A stretch of DNA of 29,383 nt from a virus. Its lineage: Duplodnaviria; Caudoviricetes. Positions 15,393-24,295 of this stretch are shown here, piece by piece. A program made the translations under genes and the position numbers. The notes beneath the pieces are model-generated. The model was not told where the DNA came from. It made no database searches and saw only the letters and a program-made list of their open reading frames with translations. Where the stretch lies: positions 1 through 29,383 of the IMG/VR virus record IMGVR_UViG_3300020042_006910; one strand, given 5' to 3'. Numbering within the stretch: position 1 is the first letter of the stretch; every line of letters begins with the position of its first letter.

Positions 15393-16172
15393 TTAGGTTA
15401 GGGCGGCCATGTAAGTCGCAAGTCGGGCGTCCAGCAGGGACAGGTTTAGATTCTCGCCAATCGAATAAAACGAGATTGCTCCGTTGCCGTAAGAGGCTGG
15501 AGATCCGCTGTTGATTGTGGCGAAAATCCCGTAATTGTCTGAGGTAGTCGTTTGCGATGCTGTGGTAAATGAAGACGTTGTTCCGTTTCCCCTAACGTCG
15601 TAGGCGTTGCTGGCAGTGCGGGAAGTCCCTATAAATCCGATTGCATGAGTGCTTGCCGTGGCTCCGGGTGACGCGAGACGATTTTGGAAAATCACGGCTG
15701 TAGCACTGCTTCTTCTGATCCCGGTTGCTCCCGTGACGCCGCTTGCTGATGCACCAATGTAATAACGATTATTCGTTGTTTCTAGCGTAGTCGCCCATAC
15801 TGCAATGTGAACATCATTCTGCGGATCGGCGGTTGCCGCACGGTTGGAATTTAGGTATTTGGTTGATCCGTTTCCGGTCAATCCAAGCGTCCTTGAATAA
15901 TCCCCACTGACAAAATTTGTATTCGTGGGCGCAGATCCAACCAACGGCACAAGCGCACCTGTCAGATCATCCGGTCCCGCTAGGAGACAGCTTGCCTTGA
16001 TTGCGGTCCAGATCGAATCCGCCTTACATCCAACAATGAATGCGTTCACCGCATCCTTGTTTGCCGTGGTGATGCTGCTTCCCGCCGTTGCGATTGCGGC
16101 AAAGTAAGTCGCAGCGTCGGCATCGTAGGACGCGACTCCTGCAAAAACCATGTTTCTCGCGGCAAACATCAC
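15393..16172 (-). CDS. Virion adhesin-like protein with LamG/concanavalin-like beta-sandwich
   Basis: Helical N-terminus then GLTGNGSTKYLNSN and Ser/Thr/Gly-rich strands; located among fibre genes. Confidence 0.6.
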   Translation of the reverse strand: MMFAARNMVFAGVASYDADAATYFAAIATAGSSITTANKDAVNAFIVGCKADSIWTAIKASCLLAGPDDLTGALVPLVGSAPTNTNFVSGDYSRTLGLTGNGSTKYLNSNRAATADPQNDVHIAVWATTLETTNNRYYIGASASGVTGATGIRRSSATAVIFQNRLASPGATASTHAIGFIGTSRTASNAYDVRGNGTTSSFTTASQTTTSDNYGIFATINSGSPASYGNGAISFYSIGENLNLSLLDARLATYMAALT

Positions 16173-16567
16173 TCAGGATCGGGTGTTGGGATTGCGCGTC
16201 CCCATGCGTCGAATCCATCCGCTGGAGGTGCGAGCGTCATGGTCCCGTTTGCGCCTGGGACAAAATCCCGGCGCGGCATCCATTCGGAATCGGATAGAAA
16301 GTCGGAAACCTTTTTGCCAGCGAAAGCCGCGAGCCGCCCGATGTGGTTGACGTTCTCCCCGGCTGCGGCAAGGACAAGCTGAGCGTTGCTGCCTAAAGCC
16401 GCAAGGATGGCGTCTGGCGTTTCGGTCGATTCCCAGAATGCGCGGAATCCTGATTGATGATCAAAGACCCGTTGCGCCAAACTCGCGTTGACGGAGTGGA
16501 GCATTTTGGCGGCGATGATTTCGGCGGCTGGCTTGACGGTATCGGCGGCGGTTTCGATTAAGTTCAT
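16169..16567 (-). CDS. Hypothetical 132-aa protein, possible fibre assembly factor
   Basis: Start reassigned to ATG 16567 (ATGA overlap with fibre stop). Confidence 0.6.
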   Translation of the reverse strand: MNLIETAADTVKPAAEIIAAKMLHSVNASLAQRVFDHQSGFRAFWESTETPDAILAALGSNAQLVLAAAGENVNHIGRLAAFAGKKVSDFLSDSEWMPRRDFVPGANGTMTLAPPADGFDAWGRAIPTPDPE

Positions 16568-17697
16568 GGCGTAAAGTTTTGGATGATCGATCCATACCAG
16601 TTCGTGCCATCGGCGACGAATGAGAGAATATCCATTTTGGATGCGGTGGCCGTGATCGTCGGCGCGGTTCCTCCCGACCATTTCACGCCCGTGAATGTGC
16701 CGGTGTAGCTGCCCGCGCCCGTCTTGAGGTAAAGAATGAATGACTTTCCGGCGGTTGCTGTCGGCATAGTGAACGTGCAATTTCCCGTTAGCGTGCAGGT
16801 CTGGACGGTTCCACTGGTAAGCGCAATGGTTTGCGAGGTGCCGCTGTTCCCGATTGCCACGACGGATTCAACGTAGTTCGTGACGGTTGGATTCGTTAGC
16901 GTCGAGCTGGTCAACGTCTTCAACGTCAACGTCTGGGTGTCTTCCTCTGTCACTATTGTTCTGGTCCCTGTTCCGGGGACCGTAATTGTAGAAGTTCCGC
17001 TAAATGCAAAACTAAGAAAACTGCTACCGCTTGCGTCCGTTAAACGAACCACCCCAGGACTCCCGTCAATGTTTGCGCTGTTGATGCTCGTCGCTGTTGC
17101 AACTCCAAGTGCTGGTGTTGTCAACGTCGGGCTGGTCAGCGTCTTGTTGGTCAGGGTTTGGGTTGCCGTATCCAAGACAACGGTTCCGGCAGCGTCGGGA
17201 AATGCAATCGCTCTATTGGCTGACGGCGCGTGGGAAAGCGTGGTAATATATGTCCCGTCGTAAAGTTTGAATGTGCCGCGTGTGCGGAAATAAGTTCCGG
17301 CAGCATCAGTGCGGAAGTTTCCTTGGGTATTGTAAATTTCCGCGCCGACTCCCGTGGCGGAAATATCTCCAGACGAAGCCAGGCTCGTCGCCGTTGCAAC
17401 TCCAAGTGTCGGCGTGGTGAATGATGGGCTAGTCGTCATGGCAACGCTGCCCGTGCCGCTGATCGAATACTCGCCAGCGACTCCAGCGTTATTGTAGAGT
17501 ATCCGGGTTGTCGTGCCGCCTGAAATCGTCGTTGTTCCAATCGTCAGAACTGAAGATCCAGACGGTCCCGTTGGTCCTTGCGGTCCCGTTGTAACCTCGG
17601 TCATGCTAACCGTGATCGTCTCGCCGGTCGTTTCCGTAAGCGTGGCGGTGATCGTCTCCTCGCCGTCATTCAAGGTGATGTAGATGCTTTCGCTCAT
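16564..17697 (-). CDS. Tail fibre protein
   Basis: Short collagen triplet GPQGPTGPSG, Thr-rich repeats TQTLTNKTLTSP and TPxLGVATATS, C-terminal globular domain ending DGTNWYG. Confidence 0.8.
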   Translation of the reverse strand: MSESIYITLNDGEETITATLTETTGETITVSMTEVTTGPQGPTGPSGSSVLTIGTTTISGGTTTRILYNNAGVAGEYSISGTGSVAMTTSPSFTTPTLGVATATSLASSGDISATGVGAEIYNTQGNFRTDAAGTYFRTRGTFKLYDGTYITTLSHAPSANRAIAFPDAAGTVVLDTATQTLTNKTLTSPTLTTPALGVATATSINSANIDGSPGVVRLTDASGSSFLSFAFSGTSTITVPGTGTRTIVTEEDTQTLTLKTLTSSTLTNPTVTNYVESVVAIGNSGTSQTIALTSGTVQTCTLTGNCTFTMPTATAGKSFILYLKTGAGSYTGTFTGVKWSGGTAPTITATASKMDILSFVADGTNWYGSIIQNFTP

Positions 17698-17700
17698 GGG

Positions 17701-18048
17701 TCAATAGGTTGCGTCTTCAATGACTTCCTTTGTGCCGATCATACGGGTTTTTACGATCCCTGCCACGTTGGTTGTTTCGATGCTCCAATACCATTTCTTG
17801 ACCGCGAGCGGAAACGGATTGACGGCGGCAACCGCGAATGTCCATGCGTTTGCATCGGTGATCGTGATCTCTCCGTCTGCGCTGGTTAGCTCGAGTCCAA
17901 CTGCGTCTGCCGAATCGCGGAAAAACATGCGAACGCTTGCAAGGTTGGAGTCCAGTGCTGCCCCCGTTGTCGATAGGGAAACGGTCAGCCCGCCCCAGGT
18001 GTCGAGATAGACAATCGGAGAAAGTTTGATTTTGGGTGGTCTGGCCAT
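17701..18048 (-). CDS. Ig-like/BppU N-terminal-like fibre attachment protein
   Basis: 115-aa all-beta pattern (VRMFFR, ITITDA, WYWSIET, GTKEV) directly upstream of the fibre. Confidence 0.55.
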   Translation of the reverse strand: MARPPKIKLSPIVYLDTWGGLTVSLSTTGAALDSNLASVRMFFRDSADAVGLELTSADGEITITDANAWTFAVAAVNPFPLAVKKWYWSIETTNVAGIVKTRMIGTKEVIEDATY

Positions 18049-18063
18049 TTCGTTGTGGGTAGG

Positions 18064-18684
18064 TTAGTTTTTTGCGAGCGTTTGGCAAGTCAGGAATTTG
18101 CGCGGCCAGAGGATGGATGATTGATGGCAGTTTGATTCGATTCGGCGGCAATTCAGGAGTCGCCACCATTCCGCCAAATAAGGTCTGGCGTCCGATTCCG
18201 TCCGGTCGTAGTCGTATGCCATTGGCCGCGAGGTTTGCCGTATAGCCCGCTCACCGATAATCCCGCAGACTTCGTCCCGCATGGAGTCGCAGAGGGTTGC
18301 CACGGGTCCGGCAGACTCCAGCATAGCCGAAAGGATTGCTGGCTCAAATTCCTCAACGGTCAGCCCGTCCCAAAACCGCCCCCGAAACATCACGCCAAGT
18401 TCCAGCGGATCGACCGGCGGGAGTTCCATTGCGGCAAAAATCCGCATGACTGCATCCGGTAGCTTCGACTCGTCAACCGGAGGATTCCATAGATGCCCGA
18501 TCCTGTTGCCAACGGGTGAGTCAGTGATTTTCAGACCGGCGATGCCGTTTGGAAACACCTCGCGATGACCGCATGGGCATTCCGGCCCGATGCACCAATC
18601 GACCTCCAGCCCCCCGCCAATGGCCAGAATCCGCGAGAGGTAAATCACACGAGATCCTAAGCCATGGACGAGAACGATGGTCAT
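18064..18684 (-). CDS. Putative glycosyltransferase, fucosyltransferase superfamily (GT11/GT23/O-FucT-like)
   Basis: N-terminal GLGSRV, DW...CPC...VF, LGVMFRG (motif I Arg), TLCDS (motif II), EWWRLLNCRRIESNCHQSSI (motif III) in the expected order. Confidence 0.6.
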   Translation of the reverse strand: MTIVLVHGLGSRVIYLSRILAIGGGLEVDWCIGPECPCGHREVFPNGIAGLKITDSPVGNRIGHLWNPPVDESKLPDAVMRIFAAMELPPVDPLELGVMFRGRFWDGLTVEEFEPAILSAMLESAGPVATLCDSMRDEVCGIIGERAIRQTSRPMAYDYDRTESDARPYLAEWWRLLNCRRIESNCHQSSILWPRKFLTCQTLAKN

Positions 18685-19388
18685 ATCGCGAAGGTGAAAT
18701 AGGTGACGGAATCGGTATCGAGCGAGCCGGAATAGCTTGGCGGGGTGGTGGCGAACTTGCCGATGTAGTGTCCCTCGCGCCAGCAGAGGTAATGGTTGCC
18801 GGCGTTGGAAAGGACTCCCGCTGCGGAGTGGACGAGATAGACGCGAAGATCCAAGTTCTTGCCGTTGATCCCATAATAGATATTGCTGCCCGCTAGGTAG
18901 TATTCGAGGTAGGCATCATAGGCTCCGGTGGCAGCGCGTAGGACGGCCAGCTTGTAGTGGATTTCGCCATCGGTAGAAACAAAGTCAGGTCGGATGCTCG
19001 CGGTGTCTTCTGCTTCAACGACCATGGAAACGCCTGTGACTATTCCCATCTCGTCCGTGTCGATCATGATGGCGATTTGTTGACCGACCGTGATGGCAGT
19101 TGAAACTCTTTCGCCGGATGACTCAAGGCCGGAAGGTTTCCATAGCGATGGCGCGGTTGACGTTCCAACAGGATCCACGTTGACGTAGCCATCGGTGAGC
19201 GTGAACGAATACGCTCCCGCGCCATCGCCTGACAAGATCGGCCAGAACGGTGGCAGGGTGTCCCATGTCCCGGCGTTCTCGTTAGGTGGCCCTCCCGGCA
19301 TACCTGGTCGCGGTCGCAAATAGTCAATGACTTCCTCCATTGTCTTGGCAACGGGAACGCCTTTGATCGGACTATCAGGAAACTTCAT
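18681..19388 (-). CDS. Tail tip structural protein (uncharacterised)
   Basis: 235 aa, beta-rich, second gene after the tape measure. Confidence 0.6.
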   Translation of the reverse strand: MKFPDSPIKGVPVAKTMEEVIDYLRPRPGMPGGPPNENAGTWDTLPPFWPILSGDGAGAYSFTLTDGYVNVDPVGTSTAPSLWKPSGLESSGERVSTAITVGQQIAIMIDTDEMGIVTGVSMVVEAEDTASIRPDFVSTDGEIHYKLAVLRAATGAYDAYLEYYLAGSNIYYGINGKNLDLRVYLVHSAAGVLSNAGNHYLCWREGHYIGKFATTPPSYSGSLDTDSVTYFTFAI

Positions 19389-20176
19389 TACCAGTAAATC
19401 TTTTTATTATCGTAAAGGACAAACAATGCGCCTTCCCATTCTTCGATTCTCGCCCATTTGTTTTGCTTGCCGGTTCTCGTTCCCCGGTCGGCCGACTTCC
19501 GCCATTGCCAGCCCTGCGGCAGTCCGACAAAACCTTGCGGCGTTTCCTTCTGTCCTGCGGTGCTGGTGCTTGGCGGCCCGTTGATGTAGCCGGTGGTCTT
19601 TCTGGCGACTGGAACATAGTCTTCCCAGGTCTCAAGCTGCATGTTGATTCCCTTGGCGAACTTCTGGCCGTTAGCAGAAAGCGCGGTCCAATACGGATTG
19701 CCGGATTGATTGGCGTTGACCCAGCTTGGAAACTCATAGGCGGCTTTGTGCGACTTCACCTTGCCGTTGCGCCATGCCTCGATCTGAATCAGGTCGTCAT
19801 CCGTCAGCTTGTATTGACCGAACCCGTTCACGCCCGGCAGGAAGTCCGGGTGAACCGCCATCGGTTTTGTAATCCTCGTCCATTCGATTTCATAGGTGGA
19901 CTCGGTGGCGGTGCCGGGTTGCGCTCCTGCCTGAAACTCCCGCGAGACAATGACGGAAAGTTCCGATTGCGCCGGGTTGCTGCCGCTCAATGGACTCAAT
20001 GATGTTGTTTCAACGGTGCCGTCATAGTCGCCCCATACTGCACCATCAGCGGGTCTTGCCGCTTCAATCGTTGCAGTTGGCCCGATGTATTCCAGACGAA
20101 TGTTGATGCCCTTTGCACCGCTCGTTTCGTCCGGGTAGTTCGGCTTCAGGTATGTGAGAATTGATTCCGCTGCCAT
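19388..20176 (-). CDS. Tail tip/hub protein (uncharacterised)
   Basis: 262 aa, first gene after the tape measure. Confidence 0.6.
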   Translation of the reverse strand: MAAESILTYLKPNYPDETSGAKGINIRLEYIGPTATIEAARPADGAVWGDYDGTVETTSLSPLSGSNPAQSELSVIVSREFQAGAQPGTATESTYEIEWTRITKPMAVHPDFLPGVNGFGQYKLTDDDLIQIEAWRNGKVKSHKAAYEFPSWVNANQSGNPYWTALSANGQKFAKGINMQLETWEDYVPVARKTTGYINGPPSTSTAGQKETPQGFVGLPQGWQWRKSADRGTRTGKQNKWARIEEWEGALFVLYDNKKIYW

Positions 20177-20177
20177 G

Positions 20178-21500
20178 TTATCTCCAGACTAATCCGCCCT
20201 CCGGTTCTGCCCGGTCAAGGATCGCGTGAATCGCTTCCATGACATTGAGCATCTTGCCCTGCACGTTGATTCCCGGCGTGGTCGATAGCCCCCGCGATTG
20301 ATATTCGTCGGCCAGGTTCATTCTTTCCCACGATGACTTGCCCGCTGGCTTCTGAATCTTGTCAACCTCCAGCGTGTCGATTGGCATTTTCAGCATTGGC
20401 GGAATCAGGTTGGAAACCCATTCGCGCTTGGTTGCTGTCTTGTCGGCGGCGTTGGCCAAGATCTCGGCAATACGTCTGTCAGCTTCGGCGTTGCGTTCCG
20501 AGTTTGCTGCCATTCCCGCCTGGGTGTATTTGTCGTTAGTGACCCCGATTGCCTCAAACGATTTGTGAGGAATGACAAGGTGATCGTATAGCGTGTTGAT
20601 CGCTGCCGCCCATGTATTCATGAATCCGCCAAGCCATTCGGTTTGCAGGTAGTTCTGAAACTTGTCGGCATGAAGCTGCATGATTTCCCATATTGATCCG
20701 TCAATCAGCATGTTGACGCCATCGGCAACGGCTTTCCCGAGGTTCTCGCCAAACGTCGTGAAGTCGTATTCGTCAACCATCTTCAGCCCCGGCAGCAACT
20801 CCCCGATGATGCCTGCCGTGAATCCCATAAAGAATTGATCGGACTTGACGGTTAGGTGTCCGACAAGATCGTTCGCCTCGCCCATTGCTGCGCCGAATTG
20901 TTTGGCAAGTTCTGGCATCCGGCCAAGGGATTTTTCCGCAGATTCAAGCCCGCCGAAAACGGTGGTTAATCCCATTCCACCCTTGCCGAAGATCTCCATT
21001 GCCTTCGCGGTGCGTTGCGCTGGGTTGGAAATCCGCATGATCGCGTCTCCGATTTCTCTGAATTGTTGCGCAGGGTTTTTCTTCAGGAGTTCATCGGCGG
21101 AAAGCCCCAACGCTTTGAACGGATCATCCCCGCCCTGCTGCGCTGTGACCAGGCTCTTCTGCATCTTGCCGATGTCTTTGCCCGCCATGTCTGCGGCTCG
21201 CCCTCCGTCAGCGTAAGCACGTTGCAGGAGCATCATGTCGGCAACTGCCACGCCTGTCTGATTTGATAGGTCAACGAGGGAGTCAGTCTGCTCCAGCGTC
21301 CGCTTGACTCCGACAACCATGGCGGCAGCAATCGCGGCCCCGGCGACTCCCATTCCGACTGCCGCTTTCTTGCCTAGCCCGACAATGCCAGACGCCAGAT
21401 TATTCAGCGACTTCTCCGCAGACGCCAATCCCTTGCGGAAATTAACGTCTTTCAACATTAACTCAACGTAGGTGCTTCCGATGGATCTACTTTTGGCCAT
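20178..21500 (-). CDS. Tail tape measure protein (short, 440 aa)
   Basis: IGSTYVEL N-terminus, Ala/Gly hydrophobic segment, DLSNQTGV, FKALGLS, AMEIFGKGG; follows the chaperone genes. Confidence 0.85.
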   Translation of the reverse strand: MAKSRSIGSTYVELMLKDVNFRKGLASAEKSLNNLASGIVGLGKKAAVGMGVAGAAIAAAMVVGVKRTLEQTDSLVDLSNQTGVAVADMMLLQRAYADGGRAADMAGKDIGKMQKSLVTAQQGGDDPFKALGLSADELLKKNPAQQFREIGDAIMRISNPAQRTAKAMEIFGKGGMGLTTVFGGLESAEKSLGRMPELAKQFGAAMGEANDLVGHLTVKSDQFFMGFTAGIIGELLPGLKMVDEYDFTTFGENLGKAVADGVNMLIDGSIWEIMQLHADKFQNYLQTEWLGGFMNTWAAAINTLYDHLVIPHKSFEAIGVTNDKYTQAGMAANSERNAEADRRIAEILANAADKTATKREWVSNLIPPMLKMPIDTLEVDKIQKPAGKSSWERMNLADEYQSRGLSTTPGINVQGKMLNVMEAIHAILDRAEPEGGLVWR

Positions 21501-21783
21501 TTCGTTTCAGTGCTTTCTGTCGCTCGGATTCTGCCAGCATCTCCTCAATGCCGGTTCGTTTCTTTGAAATCCAATCGGGGAGGAGGTCCCGAATCGTCAG
21601 TCTGTTTTTTGTGTGCGGTGCCGCCAGATAGTATTTCAATTCAGCAAGTCGGATCTCTTCCCGTTTCTGTTTGTTGCGCCATGCTTTGCCCATCGCTTCC
21701 GCAAGATCAGGGTGCATGTACTCCCATTCATCTTCAGTTATTCCGAGTTCGATTCTGGCGAAGGCGAGTTCGTCGAAGTGCTT
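21487..21783 (-). CDS. gpT-like part of the tail assembly chaperone, reached by -1 frameshift
   Basis: -1 frame is open from the A9 run: KHFDELAFARIELGITEDEWEYMHPDLAEAM... Confidence 0.8.
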   Translation of the reverse strand, partial: KHFDELAFARIELGITEDEWEYMHPDLAEAMGKAWRNKQKREEIRLAELKYYLAAPHTKNRLTIRDLLPDWISKKRTGIEEMLAESERQKALKRNGQK

Positions 21784-22088
21784 TTTTTTTCAACGTCGGG
21801 ATTCATCTCCGCATAGATGGCGACGAGAGCCTTGTGAATGCTCGGCCAAGAGTCTTTTTCGATGTCGCAGAATAGATCCTCCGGTGTCGGGTAGTCTTTG
21901 ATCAGCGAGGACGGCAGCAATGCCCAAAGCAGCTTTGTGATTGCCACCGTCCCGGTTGCGGGTGATCGCAGTTCCTTTTGCGTCGGATGCCCGCCGATAG
22001 TTCCAAGCCGATACCGATAGCGTCTGGCAATCTCCTGATTCCAAACGAATGAAACCTCTTTGCCGCCGATGGTTACGGGATGGATCAT
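21738..22088 (-). CDS. Tail assembly chaperone (gpG-like)
   Basis: Between tail tube and tape measure; VTIGGKE start motif; start reassigned to ATG 22088. Confidence 0.8.
   Translation of the reverse strand: MIHPVTIGGKEVSFVWNQEIARRYRYRLGTIGGHPTQKELRSPATGTVAITKLLWALLPSSLIKDYPTPEDLFCDIEKDSWPSIHKALVAIYAEMNPDVEKKSTSTNSPSPESNSE
21781..21791 (-). promoter_or_regulatory. Slippery site G-AAAAAAAAA-G
   Basis: T9 at 21782-21790 on +; in-frame GAA AAA AAA AGC gives an A-AAA-AAA heptamer near the end of the chaperone ORF. Confidence 0.8.
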
Positions 22089-22468
22089 GCCGAGTAGGTT
22101 TTCGCGCCGGTCAGTTTGCAAGACACCGAGAACCCGACTCCGCCTTCTAGCGGAATGTCTTCATTCATCACTCCAACGATTGCGGAAAAGCTGATCGTCT
22201 CGGTGTTGGGAAGCGTCACGACAAACGCAACCGAAGTGCCGGTGCCGGATCGAAGCGCGTCTTGTCCTGCATCGTCATGGTTGACGAATCCCGAGATCTC
22301 GAAAGACCCGTAATCGACGAGGCCCGCCACAAATTCCTTGGCGGTTGAGTCATGGGTTGTGATGTCAAAGGTAGGAACATCCCCACCCGAGAATGAAATG
22401 GAAGTCATGCCAGTGACGGCAGTTCCTCCTGCGGTAACGGCGGTGCCGAATGATTTAGTTTTGGCCAT
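22085..22468 (-). CDS. Tail tube (major tail) protein
   Basis: DITTHDS...KEFVAGLVDYGSFEISG, SCKLTG; siphovirus tube fold with no Ig extension. Confidence 0.88.
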   Translation of the reverse strand: MAKTKSFGTAVTAGGTAVTGMTSISFSGGDVPTFDITTHDSTAKEFVAGLVDYGSFEISGFVNHDDAGQDALRSGTGTSVAFVVTLPNTETISFSAIVGVMNEDIPLEGGVGFSVSCKLTGAKTYSA

Positions 22469-22472
22469 GGTA

Positions 22473-22859
22473 TTAGTTTCTGTTTGCTGCTGCTGTGTAT
22501 TCTATGATCTCCCCGAAAAGTCTTGTCTCCTGGTCGTAGCTGGAACTCTGACCGCTCAATTGGAATGAAACCTTGCTCGACCCGATTAGAGTCTTTCCGT
22601 CAAGGACTGCGTTGACCTTGCTGGCGACGTTGCGGGCGGATTCTGCGGTTGTCGCCCATGCGGTGATTTGGATGCTTGGAAACTCTAGCGAGCGGTCGCC
22701 GTCGTGGGTTGTCTCGCCTCCGGTGGAAACGGTTTGATAGACGACATAGGGCGCGGTAGTCGCGGAGTCTGCCACGGTTTCCCATACGGCAGATCCGACA
22801 AGCGCGTTGAGTGCCGGGCTGCCAATCAAGGCGAGGCGCATGTCAGTTTGCCAGCTCAT
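22473..22859 (-). CDS. Tail terminator (DUF3168-like)
   Basis: APYVVY, IQITAWA motifs and position. Confidence 0.82.
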   Translation of the reverse strand: MSWQTDMRLALIGSPALNALVGSAVWETVADSATTAPYVVYQTVSTGGETTHDGDRSLEFPSIQITAWATTAESARNVASKVNAVLDGKTLIGSSKVSFQLSGQSSSYDQETRLFGEIIEYTAAANRN

Positions 22860-23362
22860 CGAAACACCTTCTTCCCACTGGCGAGTTTGGCGCAGACTTT
22901 CGTCAGGTGCTTTTCCAATCCTTTTGCCATAGCGTCCACTACTTCGCCCTTGCTCGATTCGATAGCGGGACGGATGAATGGTTGCGCGGCGGAATGACTG
23001 GTGCCGTATTCGACGAGGTGAGCGTAGTTGACCGGGTTGGCGAAACGCTCGGTTAGTTGGCCTTTTGTTTTGCCGCGCTTGCTGATTTTGAAGCCGAGGG
23101 ATTTTCCTTTGAATCCTGAGCGCGGGCCGATGCGTGAGGTTGTCACGCCGTTGCGCAATTTCTTGACCGTGATTCCGAGAGACTTTTTCAAAAGTCCTTT
23201 GTCTTCATCTTTTCCAACAGGAACGCGAGCCTTTGCCGCTCGCAACACTGGCTTTGCCCCGTCTCTCAAAACCTGCTTCTCTGCGGCTTTCATGAGTTCC
23301 GATGGCAACTTGCGGAGCGATGCCCTGACTCCTTCCATGCCATGTAATTTGATCGCGCTCAT
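22856..23362 (-). CDS. HK97 gp10-like tail completion protein
   Basis: GLLKKS, YAHLVEYGT, AQPFIRPA. Confidence 0.9.
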   Translation of the reverse strand: MSAIKLHGMEGVRASLRKLPSELMKAAEKQVLRDGAKPVLRAAKARVPVGKDEDKGLLKKSLGITVKKLRNGVTTSRIGPRSGFKGKSLGFKISKRGKTKGQLTERFANPVNYAHLVEYGTSHSAAQPFIRPAIESSKGEVVDAMAKGLEKHLTKVCAKLASGKKVFR

Positions 23363-23363
23363 G

Positions 23364-23690
23364 TTACGGGATGGAAAGGATTGTCTGGGAGGTAATCAGC
23401 AAACTGTCGCGCCTGCCTTCCTCTGCGATGTGGGTGATGTCGTAGGTTTTGGAGTTCCAGCGGATGCGGTGCGTGTTTGCCGCAATGCCAGCCATGTAAC
23501 GGATGCGGAAGATCGCCGTTTCAGTTGGCCTATCCGAATCGGATAGTTCGGACTCGCCGCCAGTCTGCCTGACGAGTTCCGCCCATGCGTCGAATGAATC
23601 GGCCCATGTCTCGACTCTGCCGCCGGATTGATCCTGGGTGACGGTCCTGGCCTGAAAGGCAATGCGCCTGTCTGTCTTGCTGGAGTTCAT
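23364..23690 (-). CDS. Head closure protein (SPP1 gp16-like)
   Basis: RRIAFQ, WAE, FRIRY, RIRWNSKTYDI. Confidence 0.9.
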   Translation of the reverse strand: MNSSKTDRRIAFQARTVTQDQSGGRVETWADSFDAWAELVRQTGGESELSDSDRPTETAIFRIRYMAGIAANTHRIRWNSKTYDITHIAEEGRRDSLLITSQTILSIP

Positions 23691-24295
23691 GAGAAATGCC
23701 CTCCTGTCCGTTGATTCTGAATCAGGCTTGAAAGCGTGAACGGCATGGCGGCGACGATGGTGCCGGTGATGATCGGCTGACGGGTTTCGTAAAGGTGAGC
23801 GGCCATGAGTTTGATCGCATGGCGCATCATTGGCGGGACATTCTCGACGGCGGAATGACCGGCGATGAAAAGGATCTCGATTGCATCCGGTCTTTCCTCC
23901 TCAACATCGGGAAGGCTAACGCTTGACGGAATGAATACCTGCCCCGGCGAGGTTGCGGTGATTGCCGAATAGTTTGCACTGCTCCAGGTCGTTTGGGAAG
24001 CGGTGGCTGGCGGGTAGTATTTGATCGACGTAATGGAAACGAGCGGCGTTCTGAAAAGCGGAATCCGTTCGGCGGTTGTCCGCAAGTCGTCCCAAGTCGG
24101 CGCAACTAAGCGATGGGTTGCGCTCATCGTTGCGCGGCCCGTAACGCTCTCGACGTATTCCCTTGCAACCGCAATCAGCCCGGTGACGTATTCCTCATCG
24201 GTATCGTCAATCAACCGCAGATGATCGGCCATTTCGTCAAACGAGACAGGCTCGGACGTTGGCGCGGTTGCGATACTGTATTGGTTGGGACTCAT
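23687..24295 (-). CDS. Head-tail connector (HK97 gp6/SPP1 gp15-like, long form)
   Basis: EPVSFDEMADHLR, AREYVESVTGR, VPPMMRHAIKLMAAHLYETR. Confidence 0.92.
   Translation of the reverse strand: MSPNQYSIATAPTSEPVSFDEMADHLRLIDDTDEEYVTGLIAVAREYVESVTGRATMSATHRLVAPTWDDLRTTAERIPLFRTPLVSITSIKYYPPATASQTTWSSANYSAITATSPGQVFIPSSVSLPDVEEERPDAIEILFIAGHSAVENVPPMMRHAIKLMAAHLYETRQPIITGTIVAAMPFTLSSLIQNQRTGGHFS

Noticed and set aside
16568-16780. N-terminal extensions given by the ORF track (also 14659-14706, 15087-15194, 9855-9941, 22089-22121)
   Set aside because: They overlap upstream genes; internal ATGs forming ATGA overlaps are the more plausible starts
15393-17697. Diversity-generating retroelement acting on fibre or adhesin genes
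   Set aside because: No reverse transcriptase and no long template/variable repeat pair with adenine-specific differences in the window
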